Shown here in pieces: positions 29,862 through 39,266 of a DNA stretch of 64,000 nucleotides. Source of the stretch: Candidatus Pacearchaeota archaeon (GTDB lineage Archaea > Nanobdellota > Nanobdellia > Pacearchaeales > GW2011-AR1); the NCBI GenBank assembly GCA_017608705.1, contig JAFCFJ010000008.1, positions 465-64,464 on the forward strand, written 5' to 3'. The position numbers were made by a program, and so were the translations under genes. The number at the start of each line of letters is the position of its first letter. Positions within the stretch are counted from its first letter, which is position 1. The notes under the pieces were generated by a model. It had not been told where the DNA came from. It saw only the letters and a list, made by a program, of their open reading frames with translations, and did no database searches.

Positions 29862-30093
29862 AAAAAATTTATAAAGAATTAGAACTTGCTTTTCTTATCA
29901 TATTAACTTGAATTCAATCTGGGGGGATTGGATTCAAGGCCTTTGGGGGATTTATCGAGGCAAGCTGTTCCGGACAGCTTGAAAGTTTGGCCTTATCGGA
30001 GGGTATGTTTCTTAGCTTGAAAATTATAGGCGAGAGAGCTTTATAAATCTTTCGCTCTCTTGCCTATAAGAAAAGGAGGTAGAAAATAGAAAA
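29862..30093 (+). promoter_or_regulatory. ftsZ promoter and structured leader: TATA box, three hairpins, Shine-Dalgarno
   Basis: AAAAAATTTATAAA 29862-29875; inverted repeats 29908-29937, 29961-29981, 30024-30069; AGGAGGT 30074-30080. Confidence 0.7.
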
Positions 30094-31086
30094 ATGGTGC
30101 TTGATATTGCAAAAGAGGCCATAGAAAATGCAGAAAATTATAGCATAAATTTTGACGAGCTTAAGGCTGGCAAAGCCAACATCAAGGTTTTTGGTGTTGG
30201 TGGTGCGGGATGTAATGCAGTGACGTGGCTTTTCAACAAAGGCATCAATGGCGCAACAGTGTATGGTGTAAATACAGATGCGTTGCATCTTAGCATAACA
30301 AAGGCTGACGAGAAGATACTGATTGGCAGAGAACTTACGAGAGGTCTAGGTTGCGGTGGCTATCCTCAAAAAGGCAGAGAGGCTGCGAAGGAATCTATTC
30401 AAGAGATAAAGAAGTGTGTGAGCGGTGCTGATATGGTGTTTGTTGTTGCAGGAATGGGTGGCGGAACGAAAGCAAGGATCGATAAGGCAGAATTTGGTTT
30501 GCAAGAGCTTCGTGAAGTTACAGACACAGTAATAGTAATAGACAACAACAGGCTTGTGGATATAGCTGGCAACTTGCCGATAGAGCAAGCTTTCGCGGTG
30601 GCGAATGAATTGATCAGTACAATGATTAAGGGTATTGTAGAGACAATAACCTTGCCGAGCTTGATTAACCTTGACTATGCAGATGTGCAAGCGATTATGA
30701 AGAGGGGCGACGTTGCTGTAATAGGTATTGGCGAAAGTGATACACAAAATAGAGTAGAGGAGGCTGTTAGGCAGGCATTGACACATCCATTGCTTGATGT
30801 GGACTACCGTGGCGCTACAGGCGCGTTGATCCATGTGACATGTGGTCCTGACCTACGCTTGGAAGAGTTTGACGGTATCGGCAAGCTAGTGACAGAGAAC
30901 ATCTCGCCAGACGCGCAGGTGATTATTGGTGCAAGAATCAACAAGGAATTTGAGGGTAAAGTTAGGGTTATAACTATTATGACCGGTGTTAAAAGTCCAT
31001 ACATCTTAGGCAAGCCGGGGGAGCCAGAGGCAAGTGGCGTGACAACGAGTGAGATCTCGGATTTGGGTATAGAGGTGTTGAAATAA
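30094..31086 (+). CDS. ftsZ: Cell division protein FtsZ with apparent ~30-aa in-frame deletion after GMGGGT
   Basis: GVGGAGCNA, NTDA, TRGLGCGG, IDNNRL, INLDYADV, IMTGV. Confidence 0.95.
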   Translation: MVLDIAKEAIENAENYSINFDELKAGKANIKVFGVGGAGCNAVTWLFNKGINGATVYGVNTDALHLSITKADEKILIGRELTRGLGCGGYPQKGREAAKESIQEIKKCVSGADMVFVVAGMGGGTKARIDKAEFGLQELREVTDTVIVIDNNRLVDIAGNLPIEQAFAVANELISTMIKGIVETITLPSLINLDYADVQAIMKRGDVAVIGIGESDTQNRVEEAVRQALTHPLLDVDYRGATGALIHVTCGPDLRLEEFDGIGKLVTENISPDAQVIIGARINKEFEGKVRVITIMTGVKSPYILGKPGEPEASGVTTSEISDLGIEVLK

Positions 31087-31173
31087 ACTGAGTAAGCAGA
31101 TGGCCTCAATGCAACCAGCAGTATTCATGAGAAAAAGAGAGTCATGATTGCTTTCCCTTAGTCTTTGATTTCT

Positions 31174-31210
31174 GCCCCGCTTCGCGGGGCTTTTTTATTT
31201 TTAATTTTTG
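31174..31210 (+). terminator. GC hairpin plus U-tract terminator downstream of ftsZ
   Basis: GCCCCGC-TTC-GCGGGGC followed by TTTTTTATTTTTAATTTTT. Confidence 0.75.
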
Positions 31211-31277
31211 ATAGGGTCTAGGAGCTGAATTCTGGGACTTACGTTAGGAAGAAAATTTTCATAGATGGCAGGTTTTG

Positions 31278-31835
31278 CTACGGAACCTCAACACTTGGTG
31301 GGTTTTTCATGCGTTTGTTTCCCCATTCCTCAAAGTAAAGGATATTATCGAGCTCTGGTTTGCTCCTTTGCTTTCCTTTGCCAAACTCTTTACCTACAGG
31401 AAATAAAGCTTCTACCACGATATCATCAGGAATATGCAGTATGCGTTTTACAGCCATATCATCGAATGCGCCTATCCAGCATGTCGCTAGGCCAAGATCA
31501 ACAAGCTTGAGCCAGAAATTTTCGATTGCTGCTCCGATTTGTTGTCTGCTATACATTAGTCCGCGCTCGCCATACACACGCTTTACTTGTTCATTGCTTG
31601 AGCAAAATACAACAACATACGGCGCCTGAGCAATAAAATCCTGGCCCGCTGCCTCAGCAAGCTTTGCGATTTTTTCTGCATCATGAACAAGGATCACGCG
31701 TAACGTGCATATGTTGCCTGCGAATGGCGCGACTCTTGCCGCGTCAATAGCTTCAAGCAACAAACGCCAATCCACACGCTCGCTTGTAAAATGCCTCACG
31801 CTGTGTCTTGTTTCTATCGCTTTGTCAAGTTCCAT
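31278..31835 (-). CDS. Nitroreductase family protein
   Basis: IETRHSVRHF, APFAGN, LGLATCWIGAF. Confidence 0.9.
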   Translation of the reverse strand: MELDKAIETRHSVRHFTSERVDWRLLLEAIDAARVAPFAGNICTLRVILVHDAEKIAKLAEAAGQDFIAQAPYVVVFCSSNEQVKRVYGERGLMYSRQQIGAAIENFWLKLVDLGLATCWIGAFDDMAVKRILHIPDDIVVEALFPVGKEFGKGKQRSKPELDNILYFEEWGNKRMKNPPSVEVP

Positions 31836-31884
31836 GCTAGAGCAAGATAGTTATGGTATAAAAATTTATCTTAACTAACAGGCT

Positions 31885-32271
31885 CTAGCGAAACCTCCTT
31901 GGAATACGCAAACTAAAAAGCCCGGCTATGAAATCTGCGATGCCGTCATGCCTATAACTTTTTTCAGCCACGCGCTCACAAAAATCTTCATCACTTGTGT
32001 CATAAATAATATGGGCAAGCTCGTGCAATATCGTTTTGTAGAACTCTTCTTTATTTTCTATGTTGTAATAAAATATCTTAATTTTCGGTGGCCAGCCAGG
32101 ATCGATTTCCCCCTTTACGTATCTTTTTCCTATATAGCAAAGAGGGTTTCTTACGAGTAGTATTTCGAGACCATCATTGAACAATTCTATTATCCTTTGC
32201 TCTTTTATTATTTCGCTTTTTTCTTTGATAATTGATTTTTCATTCGTTTTATATTCCCACGATATCCTCAT
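31885..32271 (-). CDS. Small HExxH zincin-like metallopeptidase
   Basis: TILHELAH...E motif; AT-rich; lies just downstream of tRNA-Asn. Confidence 0.65.
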   Translation of the reverse strand: MRISWEYKTNEKSIIKEKSEIIKEQRIIELFNDGLEILLVRNPLCYIGKRYVKGEIDPGWPPKIKIFYYNIENKEEFYKTILHELAHIIYDTSDEDFCERVAEKSYRHDGIADFIAGLFSLRIPRRFR

Positions 32272-32381
32272 TATTTTTTGCTTCTTCTATTATCTTAAAA
32301 ATTTTATTATGGTTTTTTATCGAGAAATAGTAGCGAAATTCTTTGGAAATCTTACCAGCTTAATGAGGGTAAAAAGAAGAG

Positions 32382-32454
32382 CGTCCCGGGGAGGACTCGA
32401 ACCTCCGACCTTCTGGTTAACAGCCAGACGCTCTACCTGCTGAGCTACCGGGAC
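32382..32454 (-). tRNA. tRNA-Asn(GTT)
   Basis: GTCCCGG acceptor, TCTGG-CTGTTAA-CCAGA anticodon arm, GGTTCGAGTCC. Confidence 0.96.
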
Positions 32455-32522
32455 ACAACCTAACCTTTGACGCAAGGAATATATAAAGTTTTTGCAGATG
32501 AAGTTCATATAAAATTTAGTTT

Positions 32523-33029
32523 TTATCGTTTCAGACCTAAGTCATAATCTCGTTTCCTCCTTGCTCTTGCCTGCTCCAGGCCATAGAAAACAGTCGAAAA
32601 TTTGCTTCCTTGGTCTATTGCCGTTACAGCTTGCACAGCCGCTTTTACATTCTCTGCTGGCCCTATTATACCTACAGTGTTATCCTTTATTACGATATAG
32701 CAGTCGCTTAGTTCTTCTATAATTCGCCTAACACGGCCATATGTTCCTATCAACCTGCCACGAATTTCTGCTGCTCTCTTGTGGCTTTTTCTCTTTTTTA
32801 GCCATACTTTTTCCAGCACATAGTCTTCTTGGGCAAGAAGCAAGGCATGCTTTAACTTGAAACCCAGCTCGAGAGCTTCGATAATCTGGCTCGCAATGTA
32901 TTCATTTTCAGCATTTCCACTTATCACAACAACATCGTCTTGACACAGAATCTTTACATTGGCAGCCTTTTCGATCTTGGCACGATTTTTTGCAATCCTT
33001 CCCACAATTTCTGTCCTTATGATCTTCAT
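32523..33029 (-). CDS. KH-domain rRNA-processing protein (Dim2/Pno1)
   Basis: IRGRLIGTYGRVRRIIEELSDCYIVIKDNTVGIIG; adjacent to aIF-1A. Confidence 0.88.
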   Translation of the reverse strand: MKIIRTEIVGRIAKNRAKIEKAANVKILCQDDVVVISGNAENEYIASQIIEALELGFKLKHALLLAQEDYVLEKVWLKKRKSHKRAAEIRGRLIGTYGRVRRIIEELSDCYIVIKDNTVGIIGPAENVKAAVQAVTAIDQGSKFSTVFYGLEQARARRKRDYDLGLKR

Positions 33030-33030
33030 T

Positions 33031-33336
33031 TCAGAATTCTTCGATCTCGTCAAGATAACCTTTTCTTTTTAGCCATTCTACGGCTGTTGGGCTATACTTA
33101 TACAGTATGTCCCCTTTTTCATCATCAAATTCCCATGGTTCAACTATAACAACATCACCCTCCCGTAGCCATAGCTTGCGTCGTAATCTGCCTGGGACCC
33201 TGCAGTTTCGTGTCTTGCCGTCAAGACACCTTACAAGCATTCTTAAGCCACCGACTCGTTGTTCTATTATGCCAATTATTTCCCTGCCTTGCGGTAGCCT
33301 CACGCGCCCAATTTCCTCGCTGTTTGTTTCTTCCAT
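33031..33336 (-). CDS. eif1a: Translation initiation factor aIF-1A
   Basis: [34 protein letters not shown]. Confidence 0.96.
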   Translation of the reverse strand: MEETNSEEIGRVRLPQGREIIGIIEQRVGGLRMLVRCLDGKTRNCRVPGRLRRKLWLREGDVVIVEPWEFDDEKGDILYKYSPTAVEWLKRKGYLDEIEEF

Positions 33337-33397
33337 TTTATACTTCTTTTCTTTATGAATTTATAAATCTTACACAAATTCAAGAATAATTGGGGAG

Positions 33398-33889
33398 CTA
33401 TTCAAGCTCTTCAAATCCACGGCCCGTAGCAAACAGAATCTTGCCCTTACCCTGATATGCAGCTAATACCTTGGCAATGAAGAGTGTGTGATCACCAGCA
33501 TCAACAGCTTTTTGTTTTTCACATTCAAAATTATAAGCTGCATCAGCCAGTAGAGGCAAGCCAGTAATATTGCCCTCTACAATCTCGAGGTTGAGCTCAG
33601 CAAATTTATCCACGTTACGTCCAGAGCAAGAGCCAGCAACTCTTACAGCATGCTCCAATTTTTTACTTGGCACAGCAATAACAAAATATTTGCTATTTTT
33701 CAAAAGCTCATGGGTGTAGCGTGTTTTGCCTATACTCACCATAACAAGCGGTGGCTCAAAAGAAACACGCGTGAACCAGCATGCAGGCATTAGATTGTGC
33801 CTACCATGTTTCTTATCTTGGGTGATAATCAAGGTTACACGTTCTGGTTTCAAACTGCGTAATGCAACATCTACGCTTAGCTCTTGCAT
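33398..33889 (-). CDS. Flavin reductase family protein
   Basis: VSFEPPLVMVSI, GSCSGRNVDKF, AGDHTLFIA. Confidence 0.9.
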   Translation of the reverse strand: MQELSVDVALRSLKPERVTLIITQDKKHGRHNLMPACWFTRVSFEPPLVMVSIGKTRYTHELLKNSKYFVIAVPSKKLEHAVRVAGSCSGRNVDKFAELNLEIVEGNITGLPLLADAAYNFECEKQKAVDAGDHTLFIAKVLAAYQGKGKILFATGRGFEELE

Positions 33890-33890
33890 T

Positions 33891-34187
33891 TTACAACAAG
33901 ACAAGCGCTACAGGAACATTAGCAACATATTTTATTCCTTCCTCATTGATTATTCCAGCTTTCAGCGCAACCTCACAAGCTTGCTTACCAACAATATTAA
34001 ACGTCGCGTCTTCGAGCGCGTAGTGTTGTATTATTTCGAGCACTTCTTCCTTACTCTTGTCTTCTCCATCAAAAAATGTTCCAATCTCGAGTTTCATGTT
34101 TTCATTTTCAAATTTTTTGCCTATGAGAGAAGCGTCACATATAGCTACGACATAGCGGTAGGCTTGATGTATTTTTACTTTCAACAT
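33891..34187 (-). CDS. DUF424 family protein
   Basis: VVAICDASLIGKKF, FFDG, NIVG; typical neighbour of aIF-2beta. Confidence 0.85.
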   Translation of the reverse strand: MLKVKIHQAYRYVVAICDASLIGKKFENENMKLEIGTFFDGEDKSKEEVLEIIQHYALEDATFNIVGKQACEVALKAGIINEEGIKYVANVPVALVLL

Positions 34188-34188
34188 T

Positions 34189-34599
34189 TTATATTTTGCC
34201 TTTTGCGGGTTCTTTTGCTCCGCATGCAAGACAATGCAAGAACAAAATCCGGTCTTGTTTTATCAACTCCGTATCTGGTTTACCGCACATAGGACATATA
34301 ACATAATTCTTTACGTATGATTCTATTTTCTGATTGATTCTTCCTGCAGGAATCTTTCTGTTGAGCACAAGCCTCTCGTTGTCTACTTGTGCAGGCGCTG
34401 CTAATTCTTTCATCAAGAATTTTGCCAAATGTTGCGGCTCCCGTCTGAGTTTCGAGGCTATCGCAAGAAAATTTGTTATTATTGTTCTGTTTCCTGCCAC
34501 CGCAATACTTGCTTTCGGTACTTCAAAACGTTCGCTACTTTTCTCTACTACCTTCACCTTTCTGTAAGCTTCCTCAAGCAGTTCTTCATAATCTTCCAT
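34189..34599 (-). CDS. eif2b: Translation initiation factor aIF-2 beta
   Basis: ERFEVP, LRREPQHLAKFL, CPMCGKPDT...CLACGA. Confidence 0.96.
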   Translation of the reverse strand: MEDYEELLEEAYRKVKVVEKSSERFEVPKASIAVAGNRTIITNFLAIASKLRREPQHLAKFLMKELAAPAQVDNERLVLNRKIPAGRINQKIESYVKNYVICPMCGKPDTELIKQDRILFLHCLACGAKEPAKGKI

Positions 34600-34640
34600 G
34601 GCTATCTTATGTCAGAGAGGTTTAAAAATATTCACCAAAT

Positions 34641-35255
34641 CTAACCCAAATATCTAACGCGGCCAGGTCTTGGCTCAAAGATTATTCCTTCCTCGAGTAA
34701 CTTGGTGATTTCCTCATTTATGAGTTCTGGCGGTGCATCTGTTTCGAGGATCAGCTTTTCCGTCTCGATCCCCTCTGGCTCTGCTGCTTTTATTTTCTCA
34801 AGCAGTACATCACGTAAAGCTTTTTTTTCTTCTTTTGTTGTTTCTCTTGTCATGTGATGGTTTGCTTCTAATTCTAGCTTGCGCACAAGTAAGTAACGAG
34901 GATCAACTTTCTTTATTATTTCTGGCAATATGTAAAGTTCGTTGTTGAAAAATCTTAGCATCCCAATCACCTTTACGGTGTCGCCCTCAACAATGTTACG
35001 TAGTTTTTCTATGTCATCACCAAAAGCTCTCACACGGATTTGTCCTGATGCATCATCGAGCGTGAGACTTGCAAATTTTCTCTCGTTTTCTTCCATAAAA
35101 AATCTCTCAACTACATTAGCTATCACGTTTACCCTTGCTATTTGTCTATTTCCAAGCTCAAGAAAATTGAACCGCTCGCCGTCAGTTACAGGCTTACCGC
35201 TGAGTAGATGTTCTATTCTCAGCTTATACGCAATAAATCTTTTCGGCTTTTCCAT
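34641..35255 (-). CDS. OB-fold plus winged-helix ssDNA-binding protein (RPA32-like)
   Basis: RVNVIANVV, LDDASGQIRVRAF, LLEEGIIFEPRPG; follows mcm. Confidence 0.85.
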   Translation of the reverse strand: MEKPKRFIAYKLRIEHLLSGKPVTDGERFNFLELGNRQIARVNVIANVVERFFMEENERKFASLTLDDASGQIRVRAFGDDIEKLRNIVEGDTVKVIGMLRFFNNELYILPEIIKKVDPRYLLVRKLELEANHHMTRETTKEEKKALRDVLLEKIKAAEPEGIETEKLILETDAPPELINEEITKLLEEGIIFEPRPGRVRYLG

Positions 35256-35261
35256 CTTGGC

Positions 35262-37274
35262 TTAGACTGTTCTTTGTATATGTCCTTTCCTTGGTTCGAA
35301 TATATCTCCTATCTGTTTTAATTTCTCGAGAGCTTCTTCTATGTCCGCTCTTGTCATCTTGTCCTCGAGCTCTTTTATCAGCTCTTCAACAGGAATAAGC
35401 TTCCCGAGCCTGTCTTCGAGCCTTGCGATAGCCTCTCTTACAAGAATAACCTTACCGCGCTGACTCGAGGCTATGCCAGTTGCGATGCGGTCTATATCAA
35501 AAGTTTTTGTTTCATAATCATAACCAACCTGCATCAATGAAAATTTGAGAAGTTCTATTGCACGTTTTGCATCCTCGCGTGTCACTTTGTTGCTGAGTCT
35601 TGTTCTTGCGCTTGCCTCAGCAAGCCTTACAAGCGCTTCAAGCTGTCTTGCTGAAATTGGTATGGGCCTCGTGACATCTGCAGCTACAGGAGCATTTCTC
35701 AACTCTACATAGAAACTCTTTATCTCTTGGATCGCTTCGTTCGTTAATTTTGGAAAAACACGTTGTTTTGCATATGCTATGTATTTTCTGAATAATGTTT
35801 TGTCTATTACTTCTCGTATTCCTTCTCTTTTATGCTCAAGCAATACATGTGTGGCTATTGCTTCATCACGTGCCCTATCAGGTAAGTCGCGCAAGGCAAA
35901 TATTATATCGAAACGGTTGAGCAGTGTTGGCGGAATATCAATCTGCTGTGCTATTGGCTGATAAGGATCAAACCTGCCGAGTTTTGGATTGGCCGCGGCA
36001 AGCACACTTGTTTCTGCACGTAATGTGGCCTGTACATTAGCCTTGCTTACAGTTACTGTTTGTTGTTCCATAGCTTCATGCATTGCTGTTCTGTCTTGCG
36101 GATCCATCTTTTCTAGTTCATCTATGCATACAATACCCTTATTGCTTAATACCATAGCTCCGGCCTCGAGGGACCAACCACGCAAGAACTCGTCTCGTAC
36201 GACAGTAGCGGTAAGGCCTGCTCCTGTCGCAGATTTGCCGACAACATATCTACCACGTGGTGCAATGCTTGCGATAAATTTCAATATTACGGATTTAGCT
36301 ACGCCGGGATCGCCCACTAGCAGTATATGAATATCTCCTCTTGATTCTGTGCCGTCGCTTTTTATTTTTTTGACACCGCCAAAAAGTTGCAAAACAAGCG
36401 CTTTCTTTATTTCTTCATACCCCCATATACTCGGTGCTATGCTTGACGCAAGTTTCTCGAATATATTCTTGTCTGCTGCCAGTTCTTGGATCTCACGTTC
36501 ATCTTCTTCGCTTATTTCAAGCTCTTCGAAAGTTTCTTCTAGGGGTATGATATTATTGGCTTCGATGGCCCAGTCAAATCTTGTGGAGATGGCACCTGTT
36601 TTGAGAGGAATTGGCACTTCTTTCAATACGCCAATAATTTTTACCTTGCTTCCTGGCGTTGTTCTTTCTTCCATTTTTGGCTCTACTAAATCTTCCTGTA
36701 AGAACACGCTAATGCGTCTTGGTTGCTCACCGCCAACAAGTGTTTCTGGTGCTTCTTCTATGACAAGTCTTTGCGCATCTACCATCTCCTTGCTCAAAAG
36801 CCTAAAACCACCACGCCTGCCACATGAACAACGAGATGGCTCCCGAAACTTGCGTTCCATCTGTAATACAGAAACTACCGTGCCGCAACTCGGACATTCA
36901 AATTTTGCATTTACTACTTGTGGCCTTACATCTGAGGCCTGCCTTACCAAACCCTCTACAGCCAGCATCTGGCCTAAATGTCTTGCGCGAATATTTCTTA
37001 TCCTTACGTGTTGTGTCTCGGGCAAGTCCAAGAGCCTGATTCTAGGCCTTGTTACGAGACCTGACTCTTCCAGAGCAAGCTCCATAAGCTGTAAGGTTTC
37101 TTCAGGATAGAATATTATGTGCTCGGCCAAGACATGAGAATAACTTGCTATATCTTCAAAATTTACGTATATCACATTTTTTCCTTCTCTTATACTTTTA
37201 CCTATCTTCTTCTTGTAAGAATTCAGAAATCCTTTAGCCTCTGTCATCAACTCTTCAGTATCTAACTTTTCCAT
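35262..37274 (-). CDS. mcm: Replicative helicase MCM
   Basis: Zn finger CPSC..CSC, GDPGVAKS, IDELEKM, AAANP, NRFD, SARQLE; no intein. Confidence 0.97.
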   Translation of the reverse strand: MEKLDTEELMTEAKGFLNSYKKKIGKSIREGKNVIYVNFEDIASYSHVLAEHIIFYPEETLQLMELALEESGLVTRPRIRLLDLPETQHVRIRNIRARHLGQMLAVEGLVRQASDVRPQVVNAKFECPSCGTVVSVLQMERKFREPSRCSCGRRGGFRLLSKEMVDAQRLVIEEAPETLVGGEQPRRISVFLQEDLVEPKMEERTTPGSKVKIIGVLKEVPIPLKTGAISTRFDWAIEANNIIPLEETFEELEISEEDEREIQELAADKNIFEKLASSIAPSIWGYEEIKKALVLQLFGGVKKIKSDGTESRGDIHILLVGDPGVAKSVILKFIASIAPRGRYVVGKSATGAGLTATVVRDEFLRGWSLEAGAMVLSNKGIVCIDELEKMDPQDRTAMHEAMEQQTVTVSKANVQATLRAETSVLAAANPKLGRFDPYQPIAQQIDIPPTLLNRFDIIFALRDLPDRARDEAIATHVLLEHKREGIREVIDKTLFRKYIAYAKQRVFPKLTNEAIQEIKSFYVELRNAPVAADVTRPIPISARQLEALVRLAEASARTRLSNKVTREDAKRAIELLKFSLMQVGYDYETKTFDIDRIATGIASSQRGKVILVREAIARLEDRLGKLIPVEELIKELEDKMTRADIEEALEKLKQIGDIFEPRKGHIQRTV

Positions 37275-37351
37275 GCAACAAGAACGTGGACATATTTTTT
37301 ATTCTTTTCTATAATCAAAAACTGTATAATAAAAGAAGATTTATTGCTGGC

Positions 37352-37897
37352 CTAAGATTTCATAGCTTCCTTTATATTTTTTATCAGCTGTTTCATTGCT
37401 TCTTCCAGCTGTTTTCTATTCTTGGTGCCTGTACATACTAGCTTACCATTAGTAAAAAGCAAAAATGTGGCTGTTGGTTTCTCGAGCTTGTAAACAAGGC
37501 CGGGAAATTGTTCCGGCTCGTACTCAGTGTTTTCCAGGGTGAGCGAGAGAATGTTAAGGTTAAGTGTCATGTTTATGTTTCCGCTTGCAACTATATTTTG
37601 CACGTTTATTTTTGGCTTTTCTGTGATTTTTATGTTGATCTTTCTCAGTTGTTTTATTACTATGTCTATAACTTGCCTTACTTGTCCTATACTTTTCGTG
37701 CCTGTACATACAAGATTACCGCTTGAGAAAACAAGAACAGCAGATTTCGGTTTCTTCACCCGCAATACGAGACCTGGGAAGGTTTCAGGGTTGTATTCCG
37801 TATTTGGTAATGTTTTTGCTAATTTTGTTAGTGGAATTTCTTTGCCCAAACTTGTTGTAGCCACTATATTTTGAACTTTCAGAGAAGTTTTTGCCAT
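37352..37897 (-). CDS. tbp: TATA-box-binding protein
   Basis: Two repeats QNIVA...EYxPExFPGLV...GxLVCTGTK. Confidence 0.97.
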   Translation of the reverse strand: MAKTSLKVQNIVATTSLGKEIPLTKLAKTLPNTEYNPETFPGLVLRVKKPKSAVLVFSSGNLVCTGTKSIGQVRQVIDIVIKQLRKINIKITEKPKINVQNIVASGNINMTLNLNILSLTLENTEYEPEQFPGLVYKLEKPTATFLLFTNGKLVCTGTKNRKQLEEAMKQLIKNIKEAMKS

Positions 37898-38022
37898 AAG
37901 AATATTTAAAAATAAGTTATTTATAAAGCTTTTCCTCTTTTTGCCTCGTATTCTCCTATCAGTATGTCACAACACCGATAAATTTAAAATCAATAGTGCA
38001 AAAAGTTTTCACTAGTGTTAAA

Positions 38023-39234
38023 ATGAGGCACGATTGGGAGCGCGATGCTAGGGAAAGAATAGAAAAAGTTGCACATCTGGTTGGAATGGGAAGAAAGGAA
38101 ATTGAAACGTTGTTTTCATTCAAGAGAGTTAGTCACGCAAAGCTTGAAGTTAATGGTAAGGTCTACGATGCTTGGCGTATTTTGCATAATGATTGGCTTG
38201 GGCCTGGTAAGGGAGGTATAAGATATCATCCTTCCGTGAGCGAGAACGAAGTTAAGATGCTTTCTTTTCTCATGACTATCAAAAACTCATTGATGGGTCT
38301 GCCGTTTGGCGGGGCCAAGGGCGGTGTGCAGGTTGATGTAAAACAACTTTCGAGGCAAGAGCTGGAGAAGCTTAGTCGTGCTTATGTGCATGCTTTCCAC
38401 GAAGTGCTTGGGCAAGACAAAGACATTCCAGCCCCTGATATGTACACAGATGCTGAGATAATGGGCTGGATGCTTGATGAATTTGAAAAGATAGAGCAGA
38501 GGCACGAGCCAGGGATGATTACTGGCAAGCCGCTTGTGTTGCAAGGTTGCAAATTGCGTGAGAAAGCTACAGCTAAGGGCGGATTTGTATTGCTTAACGA
38601 GCTTATTGGGCGAAAGGAAGCAAGCGTAGCTGTCCATGGTTTTGGCAATGCAGGAAAGAACGTGGCTTTGATGCTTCACGATTCTGGCTTTAGGGTCGTG
38701 GGTGTTGGTGACAGTAAGGGTGCAATTTATGATAGTAATGGTTTGGATATTATTGCAGTTGCAGATACAAAGGACAAGGCCGGTACTGTGGTTTCCTATG
38801 GGAAAGCTGAAAAAATAAGCAATGACCAACTGTTAAGCCTGGACGTAGATATTCTTGTGCTTGCAGCATTAGAAAATACTATCACTGGAGAAAATGCCAG
38901 GAATGTAAAAGCAAAATACATTCTCGAGCTTGCCAATAATCCTGTAACGCTCGATGCAGACAACATCCTTAATGAGGCTGGCGTAGTGCTAGTGCCAGAC
39001 ATACTTGCAAATGCAGGGGGTGTTGTGGTTAGTTATCTGGAGTGGGTTCAAAACGAGACAGGAAATATTTTTGATAGCCGTTTTTTAGAAGATAAATTCA
39101 AAAATATTATGCTGAATACCCTTGGACATGTTCTTGAGACAGCAAGGAAATATGATCTTAGCTTGCGAAATGCTGCCTATTTTGTTTCCCTGAGTCGTTT
39201 GTTCGAGGCTGGGAGAGCCAGAGGCAAGATATAA
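38023..39234 (+). CDS. gdhA: Glutamate dehydrogenase (Glu/Leu/Phe/Val family)
   Basis: GPGKGGIRYHP, FGGAKGG, DIPAPD, GFGNAG, PDILANAGGVVVSYLEWVQN. Confidence 0.93.
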   Translation: MRHDWERDARERIEKVAHLVGMGRKEIETLFSFKRVSHAKLEVNGKVYDAWRILHNDWLGPGKGGIRYHPSVSENEVKMLSFLMTIKNSLMGLPFGGAKGGVQVDVKQLSRQELEKLSRAYVHAFHEVLGQDKDIPAPDMYTDAEIMGWMLDEFEKIEQRHEPGMITGKPLVLQGCKLREKATAKGGFVLLNELIGRKEASVAVHGFGNAGKNVALMLHDSGFRVVGVGDSKGAIYDSNGLDIIAVADTKDKAGTVVSYGKAEKISNDQLLSLDVDILVLAALENTITGENARNVKAKYILELANNPVTLDADNILNEAGVVLVPDILANAGGVVVSYLEWVQNETGNIFDSRFLEDKFKNIMLNTLGHVLETARKYDLSLRNAAYFVSLSRLFEAGRARGKI

Positions 39235-39266
39235 TTTTTTAAACTAAGTTTCTAGACTAAGTTGGC

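Noticed and set aside
29900-30070. SRP RNA or RNase P RNA
   Set aside because: Too short and lacks recognisable conserved motifs; kept as an unknown structured leader
31100-31147. 15-aa ORF MASMQPAVFMRKRES after ftsZ
   Set aside because: Too short, no SD or homology evidence
32177-32508. ORFs overlapping tRNA-Asn (and 12185..12400 overlapping tRNA-Pro)
   Set aside because: Translations of tRNA or antisense sequence
36349-37110. Long antisense ORFs (253 aa here; also 59411..60214, 15474..16049, 33726..34292)
   Set aside because: Antisense shadows of well-supported genes such as mcm and cdc48; no motifs of their own
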